Below are positions 19,524-29,268 of a DNA stretch of 64,000 nt, piece after piece. Both the position numbers and the translations under genes were made by a program. The stretch spans positions 288,001 to 352,000 of the forward strand of contig CAWHEP010000014.1 in the NCBI GenBank assembly GCA_963828525.1, read 5' to 3'. A model generated the notes under the pieces. It was given only the letters and a program-made list of their open reading frames with translations, searched no databases and had not been told where the DNA came from. Position 1 is the first letter of the stretch; every line of letters begins with the position of its first letter. This DNA comes from an uncultured Verrucomicrobiae bacterium. Its GTDB lineage: Bacteria > Verrucomicrobiota > Verrucomicrobiia > Chthoniobacterales > Chthoniobacteraceae.

Positions 19524-19981
19524 GCCTCACTCCCCGGGAAACTCTCGATACGATGCTCGGCTTCCTCGACTTCGTTTGCGATATCAAGGAATTCGAACGC
19601 GACGGCGCGTTAACGCTCCAAATCTACACCACCGAAAGCGAACGGCTCATCGGCAGGCACGGCGAAACTTTGGAAGACATTCAGTTTCTTCTGAACCGTC
19701 TTTTGCAAACTGCGGATAAGGATGCTCCCCGCGTCCAGGTGGACGTCGAGCATTTCAGGGAGATGCGCGAAGACAACCTCGTGCAGAAAGTCCGGCAAAT
19801 GGCTGAATCCGTCAGGCTCACCGGGCGCTCCGTAATCCTGGAGCCGATGAATGCCTATGACCGCAGGATTGTTCATAACGCCTTTAAGGACGATCCCGAG
19901 GTAGCGACATGGAGTCCTCCGGATGACTCGCGGGTGAAGCGGATCACGCTTCGCAGGAGACCGCCTGCGTCGGCTCAGTGA
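19520..19981 (+). CDS. jag: Jag/EloR KH-R3H RNA-binding protein
   Basis: LIGRHGETL (KH), LEPMNAYDRRIVH (R3H). Confidence 0.92.
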   Translation: MSLTPRETLDTMLGFLDFVCDIKEFERDGALTLQIYTTESERLIGRHGETLEDIQFLLNRLLQTADKDAPRVQVDVEHFREMREDNLVQKVRQMAESVRLTGRSVILEPMNAYDRRIVHNAFKDDPEVATWSPPDDSRVKRITLRRRPPASAQ

Positions 19982-20054
19982 AGCTGTTTTCGTTCTAGCT
20001 GCGTCAAAATTCAGCTTCTCGTTAAACTTATTTGACTTATTACGGGCTGTTCGT

Positions 20055-20090
20055 TTGACAAACCGGGGGAGTCGATCCAACCTTGCACTC
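20055..20090 (+). promoter_or_regulatory. Putative sigma-70 promoter of rpoZ-smpB
   Basis: TTGACA, 17 nt, CAACCT; resembles the rpmH promoter. Confidence 0.45.
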
Positions 20091-20123
20091 CCGTTTTTCC
20101 GTAATCGCCTTTTTACTCCAACT

Positions 20124-20357
20124 ATGATCAGCCATCTTCTCGAGGAAGCTTCGAAAGTCATCACCAGTCCGCAGGTGCTAATAAACGTCGTTTCCAAGAG
20201 GGTTCGGCAGCTCAGCCAGGGGCATCGCGCTCTCATCGAGGTCGGTCCTCGCATGGGCCTCTCGGACATCGCGTTCCAGGAAATCATCTCTGGCAAGATC
20301 AAGTTTGAGGAAGCGGATCCCGTAGCCGGCTCGCCGAACGGCAGTGGTGAACGATGA
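20124..20357 (+). CDS. rpoZ: RNA polymerase omega subunit
   Basis: LINVVSKRVRQL...DIAFQEIISGKI. Confidence 0.88.
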   Translation: MISHLLEEASKVITSPQVLINVVSKRVRQLSQGHRALIEVGPRMGLSDIAFQEIISGKIKFEEADPVAGSPNGSGER

Positions 20358-20809
20358 GATTTCCAGCAACCGCAAGGCGCTAAGAGATTTTCACATCCTC
20401 GAGCGCCTCGAAGCGGGTGTGGAATTGCGGGGCACGGAGGTCAAATCGATCCGCGCCGGGTTTGCGAATATTTCGAGCGCTTTCGCGCGTGTCGAAGATT
20501 CCCAGGTTTATCTCTACGACGCGGATATTCAGCCATACGCCCGCGCCAGCCATGAGCAGCATGACCCGAAAAGACGCCGCCGTCTGTTGCTCCACAAAAA
20601 GGAAATAGAGCGGCTCTTCGGCCTTTGCTCGGTTAAAGGCCACACGCATTGTGGCCCTCCGCATGTATTGGAAGGAGAGCCGCGTGAAAATCGAGATCGC
20701 CGTGGGCAAAGGCAAGGAAGCTCACGACAAGAGGGAGGACATAAAAAAACGGGCGACACAGCGCGAGACAGAGCGCGAGGTCGCGAAGTTTAATCGTAAG
20801 CACTCCTGA
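20344..20809 (+). CDS. smpB: SsrA-binding protein; frameshift near 20648
   Basis: [34 protein letters not shown]. The shifted frame gives IVALRMYWK...[13 protein letters not shown]. Confidence 0.95.
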
Positions 20810-20819
20810 CACATTCGCG

Positions 20820-21727
20820 ATGGGGAGCTTGCGTCAAACACTGCCGTTGCTCGCGCTGCTTGCGGCGCAGTACCCGGCGCCGCCGCCGCTTGGGAGATGG
20901 ATCACCACAAGGTGGCGCGTGGCGATACCCTGCTTCGGCTCAGTTGGGAATATGGTGTCAGCCCTGATGCCATCCGGGCCGCCAATCATCTCCGTTCGGA
21001 CGCCCTGCCCGTTGGCACGGACCTTCTCATCCCAAAACCCGCCACAGTGAACGCATCTCCCGAGGAGCCAATCCTCCAAGCGAGGCAATACCCACGCCTC
21101 TGCCGTCCCAATCCCTCGAGCCTCGGAAGGTCTCATCGGCCGACCGGCGAGCGCTTTCTCCAGCGCGCGTGGAACAGCCGCCCCCTCCGCCAGCCGCAAA
21201 AACCTCGATCTCCGGAAAGCCTCACCTTGCTCGCGCGCTCTCTCGCGGGCCAGGACATTTCCTATAATGCGCTTTGGACACCGCCGGGCTGCCATTCCCC
21301 GTGGCGCATGGACTGCTCCAATACCACCCGCTATCTCTACATAGCCGCCGCGGGCATCGATCTAGGGCGCACCGCGTCCGATCAATATGAATTCCTCAGA
21401 AAGAGGGGATGCGCATGGCGGGCGCCAGCCGACTGGCATGGAGTCACGGATGTGGAGCGCCTCGGAGCGCGCCTGAAGGCTGGCGATGTCCTGTTCTGGG
21501 AAAACACCTACAGACCGGAGCGCAGATCTTCCATTACGCATGTCATGGTCTTCCTCGGCGCGGACGAGCAAGGCCACTGGCTCATGGCGGGATCTCGTGG
21601 CCACCATGCCGGCGGCCCCGGCGTTTATCGCTTCGATCCTCACCAGCCGGCGGGCGGCTTCTCCTCGTTCTTCGGCTTGATCCGTCACGAAGGCCGCTTC
21701 TTTGGATTCGGCAGGCCGCTCTCCTAG
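20820..21727 (+). CDS. LysM + NlpC/P60 cell-wall peptidase (signal peptide in another frame, probable frameshift)
   Basis: HKVARGDTL...YGVS...IRAANHL...L.IP (LysM); MDCSN and ITHVM catalytic Cys/His. Confidence 0.8.
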
Positions 21728-21815
21728 CTAGACTATCCCGATGGGTCGTGAGGAGTTTGCGCAACCAGGAGTTTCAACTCCGACGAGGCACGCTCCCTGC
21801 TAATCGTTAGTTCTC

Positions 21816-22385
21816 ATGGTGCTTCTTCCTCTATTGCTTGCGGGCGCCGCCCTCACAAGCGGCTCGGAGCCCATAGTGGTCATCAGCGTGCCCGATCAGA
21901 AGATGGCCATCGTGCGGGAAGGCGCGCGCGTCGCCGACTACCAGGTCTCTACTTCAAAGTTTGGTCTCGGCGACACCTTCAGCAGCTATAGGACTCCCAC
22001 GGGAGTCATGACGGTGTGCGAGAAGCTTGGGGGCGCCCTGCCCGTCGGAGCCGTTATCAAACATCGATGCCCCACAGGAGAAATCATCCCGCCGAACGCT
22101 CCGGGCCGCGACCCCATAGTCACGCGCGTCATCCGCCTGCGAGGCCTTGAAATGCGCAACCGCAACGCATATGCCCGTGAGATATACATACATGGCACTC
22201 CACAGGAGAGTTGCATTGGCAAACAAGTTAGCTGGGGCTGCATTCGCATGCGTTCCCGCGACGTCATTGCTCTCTACAACCGCATCAGCGTCGGTGTCCG
22301 CGTTGTAGTAACCGAGAAGCGGCTCGCCGAGGCTCTCCCACGACCCGTCGATACCACAAGGAACCTGTTAGCCTCCGCGCGCTAG
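21816..22385 (+). CDS. L,D-transpeptidase (YkuD family)
   Basis: IYIHGT...SWGCIRM. Confidence 0.92.
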   Translation: MVLLPLLLAGAALTSGSEPIVVISVPDQKMAIVREGARVADYQVSTSKFGLGDTFSSYRTPTGVMTVCEKLGGALPVGAVIKHRCPTGEIIPPNAPGRDPIVTRVIRLRGLEMRNRNAYAREIYIHGTPQESCIGKQVSWGCIRMRSRDVIALYNRISVGVRVVVTEKRLAEALPRPVDTTRNLLASAR

Positions 22386-22624
22386 TTGTTTCGCAAACTC
22401 TCGAACAGAGCTTCGCTGTCGGCGCGCTGCGTCGCCAACTCGTCGGAATATACCTTCCCGTATCGAATCACAGCGTTCGCGCGATTCACTGGCCAGCGAA
22501 AGTGCTTGGCCAGTTTCGATGCTTCAAACCCGCAGTCCGAGGCCGTCGCAAAAGCCAGCCAGACGACACCTTGCGGATCTTCAGCGCGTTCTTGCGCCGC
22601 GAGCCGCGTCCGGCGCAATATCAC
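22382..22624 (-). CDS. Hypothetical protein, possibly a remnant of a DUF433-like antitoxin
   Basis: VWLA...ASKLAKHFRWP...AVIRYGKVYSDEL loosely resembles that helical pattern; weak start. Confidence 0.35.
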   Translation of the reverse strand: MILRRTRLAAQERAEDPQGVVWLAFATASDCGFEASKLAKHFRWPVNRANAVIRYGKVYSDELATQRADSEALFESLRNN

Positions 22625-22656
22625 TGGATGAACATTAATAGCTGGCTGGGCAAACC

Positions 22657-23490
22657 ATGAGCGAAAGCTCGCTCATTCCGCACCCTGAGGCTGCCCGTCT
22701 TTTAGATGAGATCGCGCTTTTGCGCGAAGAGGTGGCGCATCTCTTTACGGAGGAGAATGATCTCCTGAAAGTGGTGAAGCCGAATTTGCTCGCGATGTAT
22801 CAGCAGAAGCTGGGCGCGTGGGAATTGCGTGGCTTGAACGCCCAAGTGGCTCTCGCGCGCGCCCGACGACGATTGGAGATGGCGCAGGCGGCGATCAACC
22901 AGGGCAAAACGCCGAATCTCACGGAGATCGAGGGACATCTGGAACTCGAATTTCTGGCGTGGGAGCAAAAGATCAGGGAGGCCGCCGAGCGGCTCGAAGC
23001 CGCGAAACACCGGTTCGACACTCTTCTTCCAGACCCCGAAAATCGCGAACTCAAGAAACTCTATTACGCGGTGGTGAAAAGGCTTCATCCCGATCTGAAC
23101 CCCGCGCTGAGTGAAGATCAGCGGCGCCTTTGGCTGCGCGTCCAGGATGCTTATGAGAAGGCTGATGTGAATGAATTGCGCGCCTTGATGCTACTCATCG
23201 AAGAACCTGCCGCCGTTGGGACGCCGCCCGCCACCCTCGAGGTTCTACGTAAAGATCGGCAGACCCTTCGGGATCACATCGCGGCGATGCTGAAGAGGAT
23301 CGAGGCTGTCGAGAGCAAGCCCCCGTTTTCCTTGCGTCCTCAACTGGCCGATGAAGCCTGGCTTGAGAAAAGGCGCGAGGAGATAGAGGCTCAGATCAAA
23401 GAGCGGGACGCGCAACGCGCCGCGCTGGAAGAACACCTCGCAACCCTGCTGCCTCCGCCTGGCCATGGAACAATCTTTGGCAATAATTGA
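22657..23490 (+). CDS. Coiled-coil protein with an internal J-domain-like HPD motif
   Basis: ELKKLYYAVVKRLHPDLN...LWLRVQDAYE flanked by long heptad-rich helices. Confidence 0.8.
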   Translation: MSESSLIPHPEAARLLDEIALLREEVAHLFTEENDLLKVVKPNLLAMYQQKLGAWELRGLNAQVALARARRRLEMAQAAINQGKTPNLTEIEGHLELEFLAWEQKIREAAERLEAAKHRFDTLLPDPENRELKKLYYAVVKRLHPDLNPALSEDQRRLWLRVQDAYEKADVNELRALMLLIEEPAAVGTPPATLEVLRKDRQTLRDHIAAMLKRIEAVESKPPFSLRPQLADEAWLEKRREEIEAQIKERDAQRAALEEHLATLLPPPGHGTIFGNN

Positions 23491-23863
23491 TCCGGCGCTT
23501 CTAGCGCTGATGCGCGGCTCCTTCGGAAAGGATGGCGGGTTGATGCCATTCGTCCGGGAGATCATGCTCGTGGAATGTCACATCGCGGGCACGAGCCACA
23601 CCACGGCGAAGGATATAGAGCCGCTGCTCGCGCCGGGCGCGTTGCTCGTTCTGAAGCGCGAGATGGATAACTCGCACGACCCACTTGCGATCATGATCTT
23701 CGCGGAAAGCGGCGAGCGCGTTGGCTATGTGCCGCGCGCAAAGAACGAAGCTCTGGCGCGTCTCATGGACGCGGGCAAGATGCTCTTTGCCCGGATCGAA
23801 TCAAAAGCCTGGCAGGGCGATTGGCTGAAGGTGGGCGTCCGAATTTACCTGCGGGACATGTAA
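23465..23863 (+). CDS. HIRAN domain protein
   Basis: HIAGTSH...LKREMDNSHDPLAI...RVGYVPR...LARLMD. Confidence 0.9.
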   Translation: MEQSLAIIDPALLALMRGSFGKDGGLMPFVREIMLVECHIAGTSHTTAKDIEPLLAPGALLVLKREMDNSHDPLAIMIFAESGERVGYVPRAKNEALARLMDAGKMLFARIESKAWQGDWLKVGVRIYLRDM

Positions 23864-23872
23864 CCGGCCGGC

Positions 23873-24376
23873 ATGACCGTTCTACAAGCCGTCCAGGCCG
23901 ATATCACAACGCTGAAAGTAGATGCGATTGTGAATGCCGCAAACTCTTCCCTCCTGGGGGGCGGCGGGGTTGATGGCGCCATCCATCGCGCCGCTGGCCG
24001 CGAGTTGCTGGAGGAGTGCCGCGCGCTCGGAGGCTGCGAGACTGGCGATGCCAAGCTGACCAAAGGGTACGGCTTGCCTGCAAAGTTCGTCATTCACACC
24101 GTAGGCCCTGTTTGGAGCGGCGGAACGCGCGGTGAACCGGCACTGCTCGCTTCCTGTTATCGTCGATCTCTGGAACTTGCGGAGGAGTATCAGGCGCGCA
24201 CGGTCGCGTTCCCGGCCATTAGCACGGGAATTTACGGATATCCGATCCGGGAAGCCGCCGTGGTGGCGATCGCTACCGTACGCGCGTTTGTCGACGCTAC
24301 GAACAAAATCGACGAGGTGACGTTTTGCTGCTTCTCCAGCGCCGACCTTCAGCTTTACCTGCGCCTCCTCTCTTAA
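23873..24376 (+). CDS. Macrodomain O-acetyl-ADP-ribose deacetylase (YmdB/MacroD-like)
   Basis: [46 protein letters not shown]. Confidence 0.95.
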   Translation: MTVLQAVQADITTLKVDAIVNAANSSLLGGGGVDGAIHRAAGRELLEECRALGGCETGDAKLTKGYGLPAKFVIHTVGPVWSGGTRGEPALLASCYRRSLELAEEYQARTVAFPAISTGIYGYPIREAAVVAIATVRAFVDATNKIDEVTFCCFSSADLQLYLRLLS

Positions 24377-24400
24377 CCCCGACCTGCTAAACGCCAAGGG

Positions 24401-25364
24401 ATCGGGTGGAGCTGACGGGATTGCGCCCGTCAGCCCTCCCACACCACCGGACGTGCGGTTTTCCGCATCCGGCGGTTGAACTCGGCGCCTGTCACCCTTG
24501 TGCAGGCGCGAAGACCCATGGAAGGATCAACCCATATCGGTTTAACGTCGCATTGCGCAGCGCCCGCTGGAGGACTGGATTGTGCGCGACGGCCCAGGCT
24601 CCGGCACTGGGGTACGCCATCCCCAACGATCGGCCTTCGATGCCCAGCCTTCGCAAGGCTCTCAACCGTCCGCGGGGGTGATGCCACCGCTGCCAGAAGC
24701 ATTTGCGCATGTGCCGACGAACCCATCCGCTCAGGTCCTCCATTCCCGCCGCCATTCGGCCAACTGGAAGTAGTTCCACCAGCCTCGGATGTAGCTCTGC
24801 CATTGCTCGCGCAATTCCTGGCTCGCTCGTGCCTGGCGCGCACTCCAGCACGTCTCGCACCTCGCTCCTTGAAGCGTTGGACACTGCCTTGGGGCTGACC
24901 CCCACTCGTCCATCCTCGTAGAGCCGGAACCCCAGCAGACTGCGTCCCGCCGGTTGGCCCCGCTCCGCTCTTCTCGCGGTTGACTTCCAACCCCAACTCC
25001 TTCTCCAGCCACGCGATGATGCTTTGCAGGATGCGCTCGGCCGCCCGCTGGCTTGAAGCGTAGATCGCGATGTCATCGGCATAGCGCACGAAAGCGACCC
25101 GCGTCTCTCCAACTCCTTGTCCAGCGGGTCGAGGTAGATGTTGGCCAGCAGCGGACTTAAGGGCCCGCCTTGCGGCGTGCCCTCTGGCATTTCCTGCACC
25201 ACTCCATTGAGCATCACCCCGGCCTTGAGATACCGCCCAATCAAGGTTCGCACTCTTACATCGCCCACGGTCTCCCGCAGCCGGTACATCAGCAAATCGT
25301 GGTTCACACGGTCGAAGAACTTTTCGATGTCCATGTCCACTGCGATTCGGTAAGATCCATCCAT
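24401..25364 (-). mobile_element. 5'-truncated class IIC group II intron
   Basis: Domain V AACCGCCGGATGCGGAAAACCGCACGTCCGGTGGTGTG (CGC triad), domain VI hairpin GCTGACGGG..CCCGTCAGC, 3' end ...CCCGAT at 24401. Confidence 0.9.
24492..25364 (-). pseudogene. Group II intron reverse transcriptase/maturase fragment, no endonuclease domain
   Basis: VDMDIEKFFD, GTPQGGPLSPLLAN, FVRYADD, LGF and IRGWWNYF spread over several frames; RT0-RT2 missing. Confidence 0.9.
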
Positions 25365-25454
25365 ATCTATTTATACACCTACATATAGCGTACAGGTACA
25401 ATTTCCGGACACTTTTTCATTTATGAGATTCCTTCTAAGCTCGTTCTAGCCATT

Positions 25455-25889
25455 ATGAAAAATATGATAAAAAAGACTTTTTCGTGTGGAGCGGGTGGAT
25501 GCTTGATTTTGATCGCATCTCCAATTGCGTACTTCACTCTTCAGAATGTGAACGAAAAGTATTTGCATCCAGAGCACGCCCACTCTTTCGGAATCTATCT
25601 CATATATGGACGTTTTAGGATAGTCGAGCCATGGGGCAATGTTTGTGTCCTTGCGGCTTCGTTGGTGATTTTTATTATAGCGCTTCGGTTTATAGTCAGC
25701 GGTATGACTTGGCGGTTAAGTTTCGTCGCAATGTTTGTCGTTGTGATGTTAATTGGGGGATTGTTTGAACTGTTTTCTCTCCACGGGCTGGTAGAATTCG
25801 AGCGTTTCTGGTACAACTGGTTTACAACAGAAAAGCGCCCACCTTCAGCTTTCCGTGCGTCTCCTCTCTTAAAGCATGAGAACCCATAA
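25455..25889 (+). CDS. AT-rich hypothetical membrane protein
   Basis: 144-aa ORF with about 3 hydrophobic segments; visibly lower GC than the flanks. Confidence 0.55.
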   Translation: MKNMIKKTFSCGAGGCLILIASPIAYFTLQNVNEKYLHPEHAHSFGIYLIYGRFRIVEPWGNVCVLAASLVIFIIALRFIVSGMTWRLSFVAMFVVVMLIGGLFELFSLHGLVEFERFWYNWFTTEKRPPSAFRASPLLKHENP

Positions 25890-27105
25890 CTAGGCGACCA
25901 ACTCAACAAGCTTCATCAGATTCTCTCCAAATCGATCAAGTCCGTATTCGCGTATCTTTTCTCTCGCCCTCAACGCCATGGAAGCTCGCAACGTTGCGGA
26001 AGAGGCCATCCGCTGAAAACAATCGGCCAACTGCTCGGGGTCGCGAGGATCGAAGACAAAACCCGCGGCGCGGAGGTGCGATTGGTCGCCTGCGAGTGGC
26101 GGCAGGAGGTCGCGCGCGCATCCCGCGGCGTCGCTGACCAGCACTGGAAGGCCGCTGGCCATCGCTTCGTTAACCACGAGACCCCACTCCTCTTCGATGC
26201 TCGGGAGAACAAAGCACGCGGCCAGCGCAAAAAAGGCGGGCAGTTCGTCGATGCGGCGCGAACCGTAGAGGGAGACGCAAGGGCCTGCGGTTCCTGGCGA
26301 TGATGTGGCGTCCGCCCCGGACAGCCGCGCAATCGCGTAGGGGAAGCCGAAGCCGTTTGCACTCGGCGCGGACTTCAGAAGCGAGCGGGCCATCTCCCAC
26401 ATGCACAAGGTCGAACGCCGCGGCGCCGGCCTGCTTGAGATAAAGTCCGTAAGCGGCGAGTAGCACATGCAGATTTTTCTTTGGCACCAGACGGGCGACG
26501 TTCAGGAAGTAGTTCTCCGGAAGCTGGAACTTTGAGCGATGCGCCGCGGGTTCCGAACGCGCGTTTTCGGCCTGCTTCCAGAAGAACTCGTTATCCACAC
26601 AGTCGTACCCGTCTTGGATCCGGCCGGGGGCAAATCCCTGACTCTCGAGATACTCACGGTGCGGTATGCCGCCAACCAGCGCCGCCGAGTAGGAGCAAAC
26701 CAGCGTCCGCTTTGCCCAACCCGCGAGGCCCGACCTTTTCCCGGTCGCCGAGTGGCTTTCGGTCATGAGGATGCGGGGAATGCCTCGCGCCATCGCCAGG
26801 AGGCCAAGCAATGCGATGGAGAGAGGCCAGTATCCGGCAAGCACCACCACATCGGGCCGCTGGTTCCGGAGGAAGCGGCTCCATGCGGAGGAGATTTCGA
26901 AAGGACTCACATCTCCATCCGAGCCGCGCTTGCAAAGAATCTCGACCCGAAGGCCAGTGTCAGGCGTCCACTGGTGGGCCAAAGCTGGCGCGGTAATTCC
27001 GACAGGAATAAGCGTGTGCCCTTTCCTTTCGCATACCCGCTCGAAAGCGGACGCTCTCGCGTAGTGATAGGGGCTGAAGCTTGAAAAGAGGATCGCAATC
27101 TTCAT
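25890..27105 (-). CDS. Glycosyltransferase family 4; frameshift about 26300-26400
   Basis: VARLVPKKN in the N-terminal part; FVLPSIEEEWGLVVNEAMASGLPV in the other frame. Confidence 0.88.
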
Positions 27106-27200
27106 TGGGTGTCGCGGCAGAAGTTCCCCTGCGGGGCCGGACGGATGCTGCAATACTCATCGCCCGCTGGCAAAGGGAAAACGAGGAGCTATGTTGCGGG

Positions 27201-27582
27201 ATGGGATGCGCTATCCGCGAACTGAAAGATTTGCAGGTGACGGTGGACAAGGTGGTTTATATGCCGCAACTGGAGTGTCCGCCAGACAGGCCGTTTCCCT
27301 TCGCGTATTACATCACGATTCACAACCGCTCGGATGAAGTCCTGACAATCAAGGGCCGGAAATGGGTGGTGACCGACGCCAATAACCACCGAATCGTCGT
27401 GGAGGGGGACGGAGTGGTGGGGAAGTTTCCCTGCCTCGCTCCCGGTGAGAAATTTTCCTATAACAGCTACCACGTGATCGCTTCGGAAAGCGTGGCCGAA
27501 GGCTCCTTCCTCGCGCGTCAACGAGGATGGCAGCGCCATCTTCGCGCGCATCCCTTCGTTCCGTCTGAAGGTGCCTGTTTAA
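27201..27582 (+). CDS. apaG: ApaG domain protein; frameshift near 27515
   Basis: FAYYITIHN, RKWVVTD, VEGDGVVGKFP.LAPGE.FSYNS; shifted end IPSFRLKVPV. Confidence 0.88.
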
Positions 27583-28152
27583 GATGGCTTGCCCGCGCAT
27601 TCGGTGACGACCAGGTCGACGCGCTGGTCGTGCGATTCAGTGGGAATGAGCGGGAAAACCTGCGTCTCGAAACAGATGCCCAGCCGCAGCGCGCGAAGTT
27701 CAGGGTCTGCGAGCAGGCGGTCGTAGTAGCCGCCGCCGCGGCCAAGGCGTTTCCCGCATCGCGCGTGAAAGCGAGTCCCGGAACGAGGATGAGGTCGATG
27801 TCGGCAGGTGGAACAACTTCCCCGTCGCATCGCCGGTTCGCGAAGGTTCCATTTGGAATGCGTCAGTCGGGACGTACTTTCGACAGCGACGAGCGAAAGG
27901 AGTCAGTCCCTTCCACGCGCGGATAGCAAAGAGCTTTGTCGCCGGCGCTGGCGTCCGCCCATAGAAGGTCAACATTCGGCTCCCTCGCTTGCGCCGCGTA
28001 AAGGCACACAGCGCGCGCTTGCCTCCAGGCGTCTGTTTTGACAATGGCGGCGCGGATGGCCATGGACGCGGCCGCCCGTTCTCGAAGCTGTCAGAAGCGA
28101 CAGCCTTTCCCGGACAATTCCGCGCACACGCTGCTTTGCTTATATTCCCCAT
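27579..28152 (-). CDS. 5-formyltetrahydrofolate cyclo-ligase; several frameshifts
   Basis: KQRVR.., EPNV, YPRV, DLILVPGLAF, RLGRGGGYYDR, HDQRVD across frames. Confidence 0.85.
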
Positions 28153-28229
28153 TTCGGTCGTATTTACGAGACCAAATTCATTGCTTGCGCCAGAAAATCG
28201 CCATACTAGCTGATAAGCAGGCTGTCGTG

Positions 28230-29207
28230 GTGCCAAATCCTTTCGACAAAAAACGCAGCGCGGTGAAACGCTCCAACGGAGCGGCTAACGGTTCCGACCG
28301 CCACCAGGGAACGACTCCTGCCGCTCGGCCCAAAAAAGTCGGGCTCAAGCCGAGTTCGGGATGGCATAAGCGCAATTTTCTCACGCAGGTGCTGATCCCT
28401 TCGCTATTCACGCGGCGTCTCGGCAACCATCTCGAGGCGCTCTTCCCTGAACTGAAACCGCCGGAGATCGGCATCACATGGATCGGACACGCGTCCTTCC
28501 TCATCCAGACGCATGGCATCAATATTCTCGTGGACCCAAATTGGGCGCGGTGGCTGAAAGTCATCAAGAGAGTGCGGCATCCCGGGATACACCTCCACGA
28601 TCTGCCTGACATCGATCTCGTCCTGGTCACTCACGCGCATTTCGATCACCTCGACCGTAAAACGTTGCGCGAGGTTGCGCAGGATCAACCCATCGTCGTC
28701 CCCTTCGAAGTGGGCAATCTCGTGCATGATCTTGGATTTCACAGCGTGCATGAGCTGAATTATTGGGAGACCTACCGTTTCGGACCTCTTCGGATCACGC
28801 TGACACCCTGCCACCATTGGGGGGCGAGGATGTTGCATGACTCTCATCGCGGCTTCGGCGGCTACATCATCGAGGTCGCCGGCCGGTCGATCTTCCATTG
28901 TGGCGATACCGCGTTCTTTGATGGCTTCAAGGAGATCGGCGAGCGCTACGATGTGGAGCTCGCGCTGCTGCCCATCGGCGCGTACGATCCCCCAAGCGGG
29001 CGCGAGGTTCACATGAACCCCGAGGAAGCCGTGCAAGCCTTTATCGCGTTAAAGGCGAAGAAGTTGATTCCGATGCACTACGGAAGTTTCAGGCTGAGCT
29101 ACGAACCCTTGAATGAGCCTCCCGAGAGACTTTCCGCGTCGGCGCGGAAACTCGGCATCGAGGATAAAATCTGCGTGATGACCGAAGGCCAGCCAATGGT
29201 GTTCTGA
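28230..29207 (+). CDS. MBL-fold metallo-hydrolase (NAPE-PLD/RomA-like)
   Basis: TWIGHASF, THAHFDH, GDT, LPIGAY, HMNPEEA, PMHYG. Confidence 0.92.
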   Translation: MPNPFDKKRSAVKRSNGAANGSDRHQGTTPAARPKKVGLKPSSGWHKRNFLTQVLIPSLFTRRLGNHLEALFPELKPPEIGITWIGHASFLIQTHGINILVDPNWARWLKVIKRVRHPGIHLHDLPDIDLVLVTHAHFDHLDRKTLREVAQDQPIVVPFEVGNLVHDLGFHSVHELNYWETYRFGPLRITLTPCHHWGARMLHDSHRGFGGYIIEVAGRSIFHCGDTAFFDGFKEIGERYDVELALLPIGAYDPPSGREVHMNPEEAVQAFIALKAKKLIPMHYGSFRLSYEPLNEPPERLSASARKLGIEDKICVMTEGQPMVF

Positions 29208-29268
29208 TCTTTTGGCGGAACTGAAGATCGCTCGTTGCCATTCCGGACTGAAACGGTAATCGTCTTTG

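Noticed and set aside
20810..20900. tmRNA (ssrA) next to smpB
   Set aside because: No tRNA-like ends or space; the next CDS starts immediately.
24492..25364. Retron, DGR or defence-associated reverse transcriptase
   Set aside because: The GTPQGG/YADD/maturase sequence and adjacent DV-DVI identify an ordinary group II intron.
25430..25910. Integron cassette/attC signature around the AT-rich ORF (GTTCTAG upstream, CCATAAC-TAGGC downstream), suggested by the neighbouring IIC intron
   Set aside because: Core sites do not fit GTTRRRY/RYYYAAC, no attC hairpin can be folded, the downstream sequence is GT4 coding DNA, and there is no integrase.
28153..28229. 6S RNA upstream of the 5-formyl-THF cyclo-ligase
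   Set aside because: The intergenic gap is only about 75 nt, too short for 6S RNA.
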